Origin: Candidatus Bathyarchaeum tardum
GTDB taxonomy: Archaea; Thermoproteota; Bathyarchaeia; Bathyarchaeales; Bathyarchaeaceae
Assembly: GCA_024650005.2 (NCBI GenBank)
Contig: CP122380.1
Span: forward strand, 704,001 to 768,000
Reading direction: 5' to 3'
DNA length: 64,000 bases
Shown here: piece after piece, positions 18,055 to 28,250 of the stretch
Numbering within the stretch: the first letter of the stretch is position 1
Layout: each line of letters opens with the position of its first letter
Made by a program: the position numbers and the translations under genes
The notes under the pieces: model-generated
What the model was told of the DNA's origin: nothing
Database searches by the model: none
What the model saw: only the letters and a program-made list of their open reading frames with translations

Positions 18055-18882
18055 ATGCGAGTTTTAAAAGATTTGAAAACAGAGTTCCCTAGCATTGTTG
18101 ATCGTGCATACCGTGAATACAAGCGACATAGAAAAGTTGAAGAAATTATGAGTAAAGACGTTTTAACCATCGGACTTGACACCAAAATGGATGAAGCAGC
18201 AAAAATAATGGGAAATAAGCATGTTGGTAGTTTGATTGTAACAAATTATGAAACACCAGTAGGCATAGTTACCGAACGAGATTTACTAAGCGATATTTTA
18301 GTCCATGATAAAAACCCTGCTGAAATTGCTGCAAAGGATGTTATGTCATATCCTCTAACCACGATAGGTCCAGAGGTTCAAATAAAAAAGGCAGCTCAGA
18401 TTATGATTAAACAAAAAAGTAGGCTTGCTGTTTTTGATTTTGGTCATCTTAAAGGAATCATCACTGCTTCCGATCTTATCCGAAGTCTTCCAGATGCCCC
18501 TGAAACACGCCTTAAAGTTGACGAATACATGTCCAAGCATGTTATCACTGCAGACGAAAAAACCCCAATAAAAACTATAATGAAAATAATGGGTGAAAAA
18601 CGAATTGGTAGTGTCATAATCACCAAAAAAGACCGTCCGCACATGAGTATATTTACAGAACGTGACCTTCTTACGACATTTTTGGCTAAGGGAAAATCCC
18701 TGAATGTTTCAGTGGGCACAGCATCTTCTTCACCGTTGATTACTGCATCTTTAGGAATAAGCGTACACAAAACAGCTTCTATCATGGCGGCAAACAAAAT
18801 AAAACGATTGCCAATAACTGAAAATGGAGAACTTGCGGGAATAGTAACTGCACGCGACTTGGTTGAAGCTTATGCACAATAA
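18055..18882 (+). CDS. CBS domain protein (four CBS repeats)
   Basis: Repeated VEEIMS/GIVTERDL/GIITASDL/GIVTARDL. Confidence 0.9.
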   Translation: MRVLKDLKTEFPSIVDRAYREYKRHRKVEEIMSKDVLTIGLDTKMDEAAKIMGNKHVGSLIVTNYETPVGIVTERDLLSDILVHDKNPAEIAAKDVMSYPLTTIGPEVQIKKAAQIMIKQKSRLAVFDFGHLKGIITASDLIRSLPDAPETRLKVDEYMSKHVITADEKTPIKTIMKIMGEKRIGSVIITKKDRPHMSIFTERDLLTTFLAKGKSLNVSVGTASSSPLITASLGISVHKTASIMAANKIKRLPITENGELAGIVTARDLVEAYAQ

Positions 18883-19132
18883 AAAAGTCTAGAGTTGCAT
18901 GTGAGTGTTCATAATGTGCTCGTTATATTAATAGATCATTTGGTTGAAAGAGCCGTAATGATCCATTAAACTAGGGAACTGTTTCTTGCCTGTGATGTGT
19001 ATGTCAATCTTCTTTCAACAAAGGATATTAATGTCATAACATCGAATGTAAGAAAAAATATAATGATAAAAGCAATCAAGTTAAACTTTATATACAACTT
19101 TTTTCAATGCAACGTGATTTGATGAATATCTG

Positions 19133-19471
19133 ATGGCAAACAGATACAAAATAACGTCAAAAACTACGTTCAATTTGATACTTATCTGGGCGGTAATTAA
19201 CATTGTTTTAATGTTAATGATGTTGCCAGAAGATTTCATGGATTTAAACAATTGGATAGAACTGGCACTTTGGGGTGCTTCGATTCCCTGCTTGCTGTAT
19301 ACAAAAAAATGGGGCATTGCTTTTGTAATTTTCACCTTGTGTTATACTTTTAGCACTAGCGTGGGCATAATAATTTATTATCAAATTTGGCTTAACGCCA
19401 TTCGGATTCTAGTGAACGGATTCAGTATAGTTTATCTTTTCAAAACCCTGATTAATAGCAACTTGAAGTAG
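19133..19471 (+). CDS. Hypothetical membrane protein
   Basis: Four hydrophobic segments. Confidence 0.6.
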   Translation: MANRYKITSKTTFNLILIWAVINIVLMLMMLPEDFMDLNNWIELALWGASIPCLLYTKKWGIAFVIFTLCYTFSTSVGIIIYYQIWLNAIRILVNGFSIVYLFKTLINSNLK

Positions 19472-19503
19472 CAGTTTTAAAACAAACAACAAGGTAAGTA
19501 GTA

Positions 19504-19965
19504 ATGTCAATCTCGATGGATTTCATAAATTTAACTTTAGGTATTGTAGGTACCACTGCCGGTATTGTTTCTCTTGCAGTTCACTTGTGGCGATTAAAGC
19601 GCGAAACACCAAATCTTGTGGTAAAACAAATCAAGTGCACTCATGAATACGAAAAAGAAACAAAGGCTCTTTCTTTTTTAATTGAACTTGAAATCAGAAA
19701 CCTTGGGGACAGAGGAACCAACATTCTTGGAGTGGACCTCAAATTTGATCATAAAAACACAGAATACGTAATGAAAATGGTTAATCAGGACAACGAACCC
19801 GAGAATATAACCATAAAGTGGATACGGTCACACGAGACAATTCGAACAGTTCAAATTGCCTTTACCCGATTCAATGAAAAACCAAAAAAACAAATTCCAT
19901 GTAATTTAACAGTTTATCACACTCATGGGGCAGAACAGCTTAAAGCAACTTCAACTTTGCTGTAG
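19504..19965 (+). CDS. Hypothetical protein with N-terminal TM anchor and beta-rich domain
   Basis: LGIVGTTAGIVSLAVHLW anchor; 153 aa. Confidence 0.6.
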   Translation: MSISMDFINLTLGIVGTTAGIVSLAVHLWRLKRETPNLVVKQIKCTHEYEKETKALSFLIELEIRNLGDRGTNILGVDLKFDHKNTEYVMKMVNQDNEPENITIKWIRSHETIRTVQIAFTRFNEKPKKQIPCNLTVYHTHGAEQLKATSTLL

Positions 19966-20068
19966 CAACATAATCGTTTCTATTGTTACTTCTATTATCG
20001 AGAATATCTTATCCCAAAAAATAAGAAAAGTGGGAGTCCACTATTAAATACCCTTACAATATCTTAAG

Positions 20069-20713
20069 TTGGGACAACAGATGGCAGATGACAAGCAGAA
20101 TCGTATACCAAAAAATGAGAAAACTGGCACCAATGTTAATATGCAAGAAACTGAAGGGTTGCCCAATTTTGTCACACCAATAATTCCAAAAATGAGTATT
20201 GAAGATCTTCCAAAAGAAGAATCAAATAAACTTCATAAAATTTTAGCTCAAGTAAAGAAGTATCAGAAACCTATTCTAAAACCCAACTCTACTGGATTGA
20301 AAATGGTTCTGTTGTTTGTAGGTTCAAATGGGACTGGCAAAACATTGGTTGCTGAAGCTCTAGCTACTACTTTGGGTATATCTCTTTTTAGGGTCGATCT
20401 TTCCGTCGTGGTGAGTAAATATGTTGGAGAAACAGAGAAGAATCTTGCAAAAATTTTCGAAGCAGCTGAAGAAAGCAGAAGTATCCTGTTTTTTGACGAA
20501 GTTGATGCTCTCTTTAGGAAACATACTGAAGTTCGAGAAAGTCACGATCGATATGCACAAGTGGATTTTGATTTTTTATTGCAAAGGTTGAAGTCATATC
20601 AAGGTCTGCTGATACTGGACACAAAAAAGGTTGATAATTTAGATCCATCATTAAAGAAATGCTTCAAAATGTCAATCTTCTGTTTCCAGAAGAAAAGAGA
20701 TCTAAGATGTTAA
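20069..20713 (+). CDS. AAA+ ATPase domain protein, possibly degenerate
   Basis: GSNGTGKT Walker A, VSKYVGETEKNL, ILFFDEVDALF Walker B; second region of homology eroded. Confidence 0.75.
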   Translation: MGQQMADDKQNRIPKNEKTGTNVNMQETEGLPNFVTPIIPKMSIEDLPKEESNKLHKILAQVKKYQKPILKPNSTGLKMVLLFVGSNGTGKTLVAEALATTLGISLFRVDLSVVVSKYVGETEKNLAKIFEAAEESRSILFFDEVDALFRKHTEVRESHDRYAQVDFDFLLQRLKSYQGLLILDTKKVDNLDPSLKKCFKMSIFCFQKKRDLRC

Positions 20714-20900
20714 TTCTGTATAATTGTGATTAAATCGTAACAAAAAATTTTTAAATATGCTAGCGCTCATCGGACAGAAAAAAGTAGATGTGTTTTTGCC
20801 CAAGATTGGAGGCAACCTATGACTTGATACAAAATTTCAACCATAGTAAAATAATTAAAGGGTCAAATGAGTGAATTAAAAATAGACGGGGCGAACTAAT

Positions 20901-22394
20901 ATGAAAACGATTGTCGTAATCGGAGGGGGGATAGCTGGACTGACTGCAGGTATTTTTGCTCAGAAGAATGGTTTTAAGAGCATAGTTCTTGAGAAGAACC
21001 ATACTGTAGGGGGAGAATGCACAGGTTGGGATCGTCAGGGCTATCATGTTGACGGATGTATTCATTGGTTGGTCGGGACAAAAGAAGGTACTCCTTTAAG
21101 ACAGTTATGGGATGAAGTTGGGGCTCTTGACAGCGTGGAAATCTATGATCCTGAAAGCTTTATGGTTGTAGAACATGACGGTGTAACGGTCCATTTTTAC
21201 CGTGATTTGAAGAAACTCAAACAGAGCTGGCTTGAGATTTCTCCCGAAGATAGTGAGAGTATAGAAAATTTTTGTAAGGATATTGAAAAACTTCATTCTT
21301 TCTTGATGCCTGTCGGGAAGCCAATTGACATGATGAACATCATCGAGACGTTCAAGTTTCTCCTTTCAATGAAAGATGCTGGTTATGTGATGAAAAAATA
21401 CGGAAAAATTAGTGTTGTTGGTTTTGCAGAAAACTTCAAACATCCGGCTCTTAGGACAGCAATTGCTTCTTTTCTGCCAGAAGGTGATTTCAGCGCTTTT
21501 TCAGTAATTTTTCCTTTAGGAACCTTTACTGGTGGGCAGTCATCAATTCCTCTCGGCGGTTCAAAGGCACTTGCTCTTCGTATGGCAAATCGTTATCTCT
21601 CTCTTGGAGGTTCAATACAAACATCGTGTGAAGCTATGGAGCTTAGCATTAATGAACCCCGCGTGAAAAGTGTAACATGCCAAAATGGAAGAACTTTTGA
21701 GGCTGATTACTTTGTTGTTGCCTGTGATGCAAAAGTCCTTTATGATTGCCTGCTCAAAAGGAAATATCTCGATCCTCAATTTGAAAAAAGGTACAACGAT
21801 CCCGAAATTTATCCGCTAACATCTAACATTTACATCGCTATCGGATACGCAGGGAAAATGGATAATGTCCCAAGGACATTTAAATTTCCTGTGAGAGCAC
21901 TAAATATAAAACAGAACCAGAAACCGATGGAACACTTACAGATGACCCATTACGGATATGAACCCCGTTTTGCTCCCAAGGGACATACTGTTATAACTGT
22001 CGCTATCAACCAGTTTGAACCAGAACTTTTGCAGTGGGAAAAACTTTCGAAAGATAAAAAAGCATACATAAAAGAAAAAAACCGCATTGGACAAGCTGTT
22101 ATACACGCTATAGAAGCCCGTTTTCCACATATGATAGGTAAACTCGAACTGCTTGATGTTGCTACACCTCATACCTACAAGAAGTACTGTAATGCATACA
22201 AAGGAGCATTTATGGGATTCTGGCCTACCATTCATGGAAAAACAATGGTTCATACAGGCAAGATCAAAAAACTCAAAAACATCTTCTTGAGCGGACAATG
22301 GTTACAACCCCCCGGAGGACTTCCCGTCGCTGCAGTTACTGGCAAGGATACCATAATGAGAATATGCAAAGCAGAGGGCATAGCGTGGAGTTAA
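20901..22394 (+). CDS. Phytoene-desaturase-like FAD-dependent oxidoreductase
   Basis: GGGIAG, GGECTGWDRQGYHVDGCIHWL, DVATPHTY, SGQWLQPPGGLP. Confidence 0.85.
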   Translation: MKTIVVIGGGIAGLTAGIFAQKNGFKSIVLEKNHTVGGECTGWDRQGYHVDGCIHWLVGTKEGTPLRQLWDEVGALDSVEIYDPESFMVVEHDGVTVHFYRDLKKLKQSWLEISPEDSESIENFCKDIEKLHSFLMPVGKPIDMMNIIETFKFLLSMKDAGYVMKKYGKISVVGFAENFKHPALRTAIASFLPEGDFSAFSVIFPLGTFTGGQSSIPLGGSKALALRMANRYLSLGGSIQTSCEAMELSINEPRVKSVTCQNGRTFEADYFVVACDAKVLYDCLLKRKYLDPQFEKRYNDPEIYPLTSNIYIAIGYAGKMDNVPRTFKFPVRALNIKQNQKPMEHLQMTHYGYEPRFAPKGHTVITVAINQFEPELLQWEKLSKDKKAYIKEKNRIGQAVIHAIEARFPHMIGKLELLDVATPHTYKKYCNAYKGAFMGFWPTIHGKTMVHTGKIKKLKNIFLSGQWLQPPGGLPVAAVTGKDTIMRICKAEGIAWS

Positions 22395-22852
22395 ATGGTC
22401 AAAATATTAAATATTCTTGAACTCTAATAAACTCAATACTTATCCGAGGCATATTTTCCTTTTCAAGAGCAGGCAGTCCAAAAATTCTGGGACACATGTT
22501 TAATCCTAAATCTATTTGCACACTATTTTTATTCAAAGGCATATCAAATTCCCTTCAAGGTAAACAATTGAGGGAACCAATGAGAACATTGAAAGAACCA
22601 AGGATTTCACTAACATTCAAACCCTGTTTTCATCCAACTTAAACTGCCCCGGAACCAGTTTAGGAACCTGCAACCAGTTCCTGTTCTGCAACACCTTTTC
22701 TTAAAACAAACCTGTAACATACATTTCGTGCTTATTTTACAAATCAGCATATAAACAAATATCAAAACAAATTTTTTCTGTATATTGGATATAGCACAAA
22801 ACCCAAAAATACTAAACAATCATTAACCCTGAAAAGACAAGGAGCCTTTACT

Positions 22853-24634
22853 TTGACTGGTCAACAAATTAGTTGGAATTTAAATGAACTTTTCTCTAGC
22901 CAAGACGACCCAAAAATCAGCCAAGCAATTATTAAAGCTACCCAGTTGGCAAGTCAATTTGAAAAAACTTACCGTGGAAAAATTGTTAACCTCAACACTG
23001 AAGGTTTACTTGAATGCCTGAAAAGCATAGAGTTCTTTAAAATAAAATTTAGCGACCTAAGTTTGTATTCTAGTCTGTGTTTTGCAGCCAACATGACTTT
23101 GCCCCCGAATCAGTCCTTATATGACCGTATTAGCAAACTAAAAGCAACCCTGAACAAGCAGCTTGCCTTTTTTGGAATAGAACTTGGAAAATTGCTAGAA
23201 AGTAATCCAAAAATTATCACTGACCCCAAATTGCAAAATTACAAGCATATGCTTGAACGAGTTTACCGTGACGTAAAACATCAATTGTCAGAAATTGAAG
23301 AACAAATAATAATTGAAAAAGACCAATTCGGCGTAAATGCTTGGCAGGACTTGCAACGTAAATGGCTTAACACCAGAATGTTCAAAGTTACCGTGATGAG
23401 AGAAAAAAAGAACCTGTCCTACGGCGAAGCCAACGGGTTACTAACCCATGTTGACCGTGCCACTCGAGAATCCGCCAACAAATCAATCTATGGAACCCTA
23501 GGACAGGATGGGGAACTCTTTGCTTCAGCCCTGCGTAGCATATGCAACGACTGGGTAACAGTTTCCAAACGAAGAAAATACGACAGCCCTATGCACGCCA
23601 GCTTAATCAGTAATGACACCCAACAACCAATAATTGACAACCTACTACGCACCATCGAAAAAAACGCGAAAATTTACCGCAGTTATCTTGAACTCAAAGC
23701 GAAAATCATGAATCTCCCCCAACTTGGAAACCATGACCTCCTAGCACCATTGCCTGATGCACCCGAACAAAAATTCAGTTTCCAGCAAGCCCAAGAACTA
23801 GTAACACAAGCATATAGTCGTTTGGACTCTGAATATGCTACTGCAGTAAAAGAAATGTTTTCTAAACAACACATTGATGCTTCCCCCCGTTTTGGAAAAC
23901 GCAACGGCGCTTTTTGTGCATGTTACTACAACGGAAAATCTGCTTACATCCTAAGCAGCTTCACTGGAACATTAAGCGATGTTTTTACTCTTGCTCACGA
24001 ACTCGGTCACGCAACCCATGACTGGTACGCCTCACGTAACCAAACTATATCCAATATGAGCATTCCGTCAATCGTTGCTGAAACTGCTTCAATTTTTGGA
24101 GAACTCCTGTTAACTGACCAACTTCTGGATCAAGCAAAAACTAAAGCCGAAAAAACTGCAGTTCTCTGTTTGGTTTTAGACGAAGCCGGAATGACAGCAT
24201 TTCAGGTCAGCGCCCGAGTATGGTTTGAACAAACCCTTTACAGTTCCATTGAAAAAGGTGAATATCTGGATTACCAAACGATCTGTAATCTTTGGACCGA
24301 TGCCCGAAGTCGAATCTACAAAAACGCAGTAACATGGTTGCCCGAAATGGATGCAGAATGGACCATGAAACCTCACTATTTTATGCCTAATTACCGCTTC
24401 TACAATTATCCTTACGTTTACGCCCAAATGTTTGTGTACGCTCTGTATGACCAGTACCTAAAAGAGGGAAAAACTTTTGCACCCAAACTAAAAGAAGCCC
24501 TGTCTGCAGGCAGCAGCGTATCCCCGTTGCAAATAGGCAAAATAGTTAACTTAGATGTTTCTGAACCAAACTTTTGGAACAAAGGGATAAACGTTTTCGA
24601 ACGATTCTTTAATCAGTTACAAGAAATAATCTAG
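22853..24634 (+). CDS. pepF: Oligoendopeptidase F (peptidase M3B)
   Basis: WNLNELF, GKRNGAFC, TLAHELGHATH, AETASIFGE, FYNYPY. Confidence 0.9.
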   Translation: MTGQQISWNLNELFSSQDDPKISQAIIKATQLASQFEKTYRGKIVNLNTEGLLECLKSIEFFKIKFSDLSLYSSLCFAANMTLPPNQSLYDRISKLKATLNKQLAFFGIELGKLLESNPKIITDPKLQNYKHMLERVYRDVKHQLSEIEEQIIIEKDQFGVNAWQDLQRKWLNTRMFKVTVMREKKNLSYGEANGLLTHVDRATRESANKSIYGTLGQDGELFASALRSICNDWVTVSKRRKYDSPMHASLISNDTQQPIIDNLLRTIEKNAKIYRSYLELKAKIMNLPQLGNHDLLAPLPDAPEQKFSFQQAQELVTQAYSRLDSEYATAVKEMFSKQHIDASPRFGKRNGAFCACYYNGKSAYILSSFTGTLSDVFTLAHELGHATHDWYASRNQTISNMSIPSIVAETASIFGELLLTDQLLDQAKTKAEKTAVLCLVLDEAGMTAFQVSARVWFEQTLYSSIEKGEYLDYQTICNLWTDARSRIYKNAVTWLPEMDAEWTMKPHYFMPNYRFYNYPYVYAQMFVYALYDQYLKEGKTFAPKLKEALSAGSSVSPLQIGKIVNLDVSEPNFWNKGINVFERFFNQLQEII

Positions 24635-24908
24635 CTCCAAAACAGACAAGAACAATCCAATCTGCTGTAAGTCCCTTCAATCAACTTTTCTGACAAAGGA
24701 AAAAGAAAAGTGATCCTAAAACCAAAACAACCGAACCCGCTAAGATAACGTTAAAATTAAATTGGGTTACCATCAAAAAACAAGACAACAGCCCCCAAAG
24801 GTCTAAACTTATTTTTAGCATAAATCCACTTGATAATTTTCTCAGTTTAATTTATAAAAGTATCAACAGAACATTTGTCAAGCAACCCCGTTATGGATAT
24901 GCATACAC

Positions 24909-25190
24909 ATGAACTTGATTCAACTTTCAACCCCAATTATTTTACTTATTTTTTTGAACGTAATCTCACTGATAACCTTCGGAGTGGACAAACCCAAAAG
25001 CATGAGCAAACGATGGAGAATCCCTGAATCACACCTTTTATTGGTTGCATTTTTTGGACCCTTTGGAGCGTATGCAGCTATGTTACTGTTTCGCCACAAA
25101 ATCCGCAAAATCAAATTCCTTTTGGTCCCATTATTCGGGTTCATACAACTGTATTTGATAATCAATTTTCAACTCATCCAAATACCCTAA
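24909..25190 (+). CDS. DUF1294 family membrane protein
   Basis: FGVDK..WRIPESHLLLVAFFGPFGA..FRHKIRK. Confidence 0.85.
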   Translation: MNLIQLSTPIILLIFLNVISLITFGVDKPKSMSKRWRIPESHLLLVAFFGPFGAYAAMLLFRHKIRKIKFLLVPLFGFIQLYLIINFQLIQIP

Positions 25191-25412
25191 TTTTCAAGAA
25201 ATCATTAAATTTACATAATCATATCTACTAAGTAACGACTTATTCTTAATTTGAAAAAATAATCTAATTATTGATATTTCCAGTCTTCTTGTTTGCAAGA
25301 ATTTTCTTTTCCAATCTTGTTTTTTGAAGTAATAATGAAAACAGACCTAACAGTTTTCTTCTAAACAAATGGTAACCTTTTATCCTCTTTCACTCTTAGT
25401 GTTTTTCTAATC

Positions 25413-25688
25413 TTGTCAAAGATATTATCGGGTTACCTTTGTGGAAAAATAATGGGATTCACACAAAAAGAACGGCTCTTGTTTGGCGTATCATCAATTC
25501 CACAACTTTCAATTTCATTAGTGGTCACTTTTACAGCATTGGAACCTGGCTTAATAGACGCCAATCTTCAAGTTAGTATAGTATTTTTGTCAGTAACAAC
25601 AATTCTAATTTCCCCTCTTATAGTTGGTATCTTAACCAAAAATCAGAATAACCCTTGGGCAAACACCGCAAAAGAGCTAGAACACTGA
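25413..25688 (+). pseudogene. C-terminal fragment of a cation:proton antiporter
   Basis: SKILSGYLCGKIMGF..GVSSIPQLSISL..SIVFLSVTTILISP; far shorter than a full antiporter. Confidence 0.5.
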
Positions 25689-25889
25689 CAAAAATATTGG
25701 TTTTACATTTGTAGCTTTAGGTCCTTGTTTTGTTTCCTCAATTTCAAACTGGACTTTTTCTCCTTCTTGAAGATATGCTGCACCCACTAAATCACTGCGA
25801 TGCACAAAAACTCGATCGTTTAGTTTTTTAGTTTCAATAAATCCATATCCTCGATCAGATATCCACTTTTTTACTGTTCCTTTTTTCAT
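25677..25889 (-). CDS. csp: Cold-shock domain protein
   Basis: KGTVKKW..RGYGFI (RNP1), VFVHRSD (RNP2), GPKATNV; GAGGTGA SD. Confidence 0.93.
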   Translation of the reverse strand: MKKGTVKKWISDRGYGFIETKKLNDRVFVHRSDLVGAAYLQEGEKVQFEIEETKQGPKATNVKPIFLSVF

Positions 25890-25944
25890 TCATTTCACCT
25901 CGTAACGGTTTCAACACTTGTAACAATTCGTTAGAATTTTATTG

Positions 25945-26077
25945 TTAACGGAGTCTAAGCCTTGAACTTTTGTTTGGCCCGTTAAACAACGTTTTTGCCG
26001 TTTTCCAATCTTTCGCCTTTTTGATTGGATCACTCGTTGTTAAAACGCAAAACGTTCTAAGCATGCTCCCCCGTTAA
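25945..26077 (-). ncRNA. Putative structured RNA / 5' leader, copy 1 (upstream of csp)
   Basis: Core 25949-26073 is the reverse complement of 36160-36284 (2 differences); nested stems; TTTATAAA box ~25-30 nt upstream. Confidence 0.6.
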
Positions 26078-26162
26078 GTAATGTAAGATATTCTCAGCAC
26101 ATTTTATAAAGATTCTACTGAGGCTAGAAACCACAAACTAGTTCTCTAAAAATAAAATTGCT

Positions 26163-26285
26163 TTAGATGGGTCTTGGTGGTCTGGGGTTAGGTCTAACCG
26201 GATTAAAAGGTACATACGGATTGGCAGGATTTATTGGCTTAAACAGAATAGAATTCTGGTCAACCCCAAATTGTATTGAATTCAT
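26163..26285 (-). CDS. Proline-rich small protein MNSIQFGVDQNSILFKPINPANPYVPFNPVRPNPRPPRPI (40 aa)
   Basis: Manual translation; AGTGA SD-like sequence upstream; 10 Pro, mostly at i+3 spacing. Confidence 0.45.
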   Translation of the reverse strand: MNSIQFGVDQNSILFKPINPANPYVPFNPVRPNPRPPRPI

Positions 26286-26442
26286 TTTTTTCACTTCATG
26301 TAGTTTTGAGTTACAGTCAATTGTTTCTAGTTGCTTGGACATATTTGTTGATGAACAATCCTAGAATCAAGTCACATTTCAAGTATACAAATATGAAACC
26401 AACAAAGGGTTAATTCCATAACCAAAAAACTAAAAGTGGATC

Positions 26443-27012
26443 TTAATTGTTCAAACTGTTCGACATTAGTTTTGTTATGTTTCCCATTAACTGATTTGTC
26501 GCAATTAGAACTGAGTTGTCATGGTTTTTTGAGAGCACTTTAGCGTTTATTTTCAGTTTCTCTTGACCGAATACAGCAGAAATAATTGTTTCTCCATCTT
26601 CTGTTATCCATTTTAACATTGTTTCACCGTTTGCTTCTGAATAACCTAACCAGCGTAATGTTCCAAACCATCTTCCTTTAAGGTTTGAAACAACTTTTTG
26701 GGTTACCTGCTCTTTTGGAAGCAAAGTTTGCAAGACATTCATGGCTAACCCGGTTTTTTGAACCGAATACGAGTCTTTGAAAAGTTCAGTTGTCTTTGTA
26801 GTCAACGCGTAACCCTCTGGCTCTTTTTTGATAAGGTTTTGTTCCATTAGCCTGTTTAATGTCCTGGACAAGGTTTCAGGGTGCATAACTAGTCTTCTTT
26901 TTAACCCCTCAAAACTAAAATTTGTTAACTTTTCTTCTTGGATCGCCTGAATTACAGTAACATCTTTTTCTTGAAGATCGCCATTACAAACTTTAGGTTC
27001 ATAATTGTCCAT
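26443..27012 (-). CDS. Winged-helix domain protein
   Basis: FSFEGLKRRLVMHPETLSRTLNRL..GYALT; LKGRWFGTLRWLG. Confidence 0.7.
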   Translation of the reverse strand: MDNYEPKVCNGDLQEKDVTVIQAIQEEKLTNFSFEGLKRRLVMHPETLSRTLNRLMEQNLIKKEPEGYALTTKTTELFKDSYSVQKTGLAMNVLQTLLPKEQVTQKVVSNLKGRWFGTLRWLGYSEANGETMLKWITEDGETIISAVFGQEKLKINAKVLSKNHDNSVLIATNQLMGNITKLMSNSLNN

Positions 27013-27191
27013 TATTGAGATTTTCTCCTGCCTTTAAAGAATGGCTTAACCCCTTTTGAATGTTACCTTTTTGTAATAAAATTGCATGTTGAACAAACAA
27101 TCAACTATACATTTAAAAACATCAAACCTCGTTGAACTCAACAAAATTTTAATCTAATATTCACCAACTACTACATCAGTTGGTGTAAAAC

Positions 27192-28250
27192 TTGAAAGCA
27201 TTAGTACTCAGTGGCGGCAAAGGAACCCGGCTGCGACCTTTAACGTTTACTTTAGCAAAACAGCTAATTCCAATGGCTAACAAACCTGTTCTTGGTTACG
27301 TCTTAGACCAGATAACCCAAACAGGAATCAACCAAATTGGTGTGATAATAGCTCCTGAAACTGGACATTACGTTAAAGACTACATCAAAGACGGAAAAAA
27401 ATGGAACTCAAATGTGACATACATTCTGCAAGAACCTTTGGGGCTAGCCCATGCAGTCAAAACTGCTAAACCCTTTCTTGGACAAGACGATTTCATAATG
27501 GGTTTGGGTGATAACTTACAAGGGCAAGGATTAACAAAATTTGTTGAAAAATTCGAAACAGAAAACATGGACGCACTAATCATACTAAAACAAGTAGAAG
27601 ATCCATCAAAGTTTGGAGTTGCAACACTCGACAAAAACTCCAACATAATAAAACTGGTTGAAAAACCCAAAACCCCTGAATCAAACCTTGCAATAATTGG
27701 CACTTATATTTTTTCAAACAAAATTTTCAAAGCAATAGAACAAATTAAACCCTCATGGCGGGGAGAACTTGAAATCACTGACGCTATCCAAGAAATGATA
27801 AACATGGGATTCAAAGTAAAAGCAGAAATTTTGAACAGTTGGTGGATTGACACCGGCAAAAAAGATGACATTTTAACAGCAAACGCTAAAGTTTTGGACG
27901 AATACATGCAACAGCAAATCAATGGAACCGTTGAAAACAGCAAAATTGAAGGACGTGTTGCCATACAAAAAACTGCAAAAATAATTAACTCTACCATTCG
28001 AGGACCTTGTGCCATCGGAAGCGATTGTATTATTGAAAACTCTTTTGTTGGTCCATACACCAGCATAGGTAATGGAACAAAAATTGTTGACAGCGCCATT
28101 GAATACAGCGTTGTTTTAGAAAATGCACAAATAACGGGTGTCGATAGGCTGGAAGAAAGTTTGATAGGAAAAAATGCTAAAATAACTCGAAACCATAAGA
28201 ATGGGTGTTTAAAACTTCATGTGGGTGACTACTCGGAGGTTGAATTATGA
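27192..28250 (+). CDS. rmlA: Glucose-1-phosphate thymidylyltransferase (long form)
   Basis: LSGGKGTRLRPLT..KQL, EKPK, RGELEITDA, C-terminal LbH repeats. Confidence 0.92.
   Translation: MKALVLSGGKGTRLRPLTFTLAKQLIPMANKPVLGYVLDQITQTGINQIGVIIAPETGHYVKDYIKDGKKWNSNVTYILQEPLGLAHAVKTAKPFLGQDDFIMGLGDNLQGQGLTKFVEKFETENMDALIILKQVEDPSKFGVATLDKNSNIIKLVEKPKTPESNLAIIGTYIFSNKIFKAIEQIKPSWRGELEITDAIQEMINMGFKVKAEILNSWWIDTGKKDDILTANAKVLDEYMQQQINGTVENSKIEGRVAIQKTAKIINSTIRGPCAIGSDCIIENSFVGPYTSIGNGTKIVDSAIEYSVVLENAQITGVDRLEESLIGKNAKITRNHKNGCLKLHVGDYSEVEL

Noticed and set aside
22440-22820. Possible gene remnant between the desaturase-like gene and pepF
   Set aside because: No recognisable motif in any frame, with multiple stops.
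26167-26364. Plus-strand Gly-rich 65-aa ORF
   Set aside because: Probably the antisense shadow of the Pro-rich minus-strand ORF; it has no SD.
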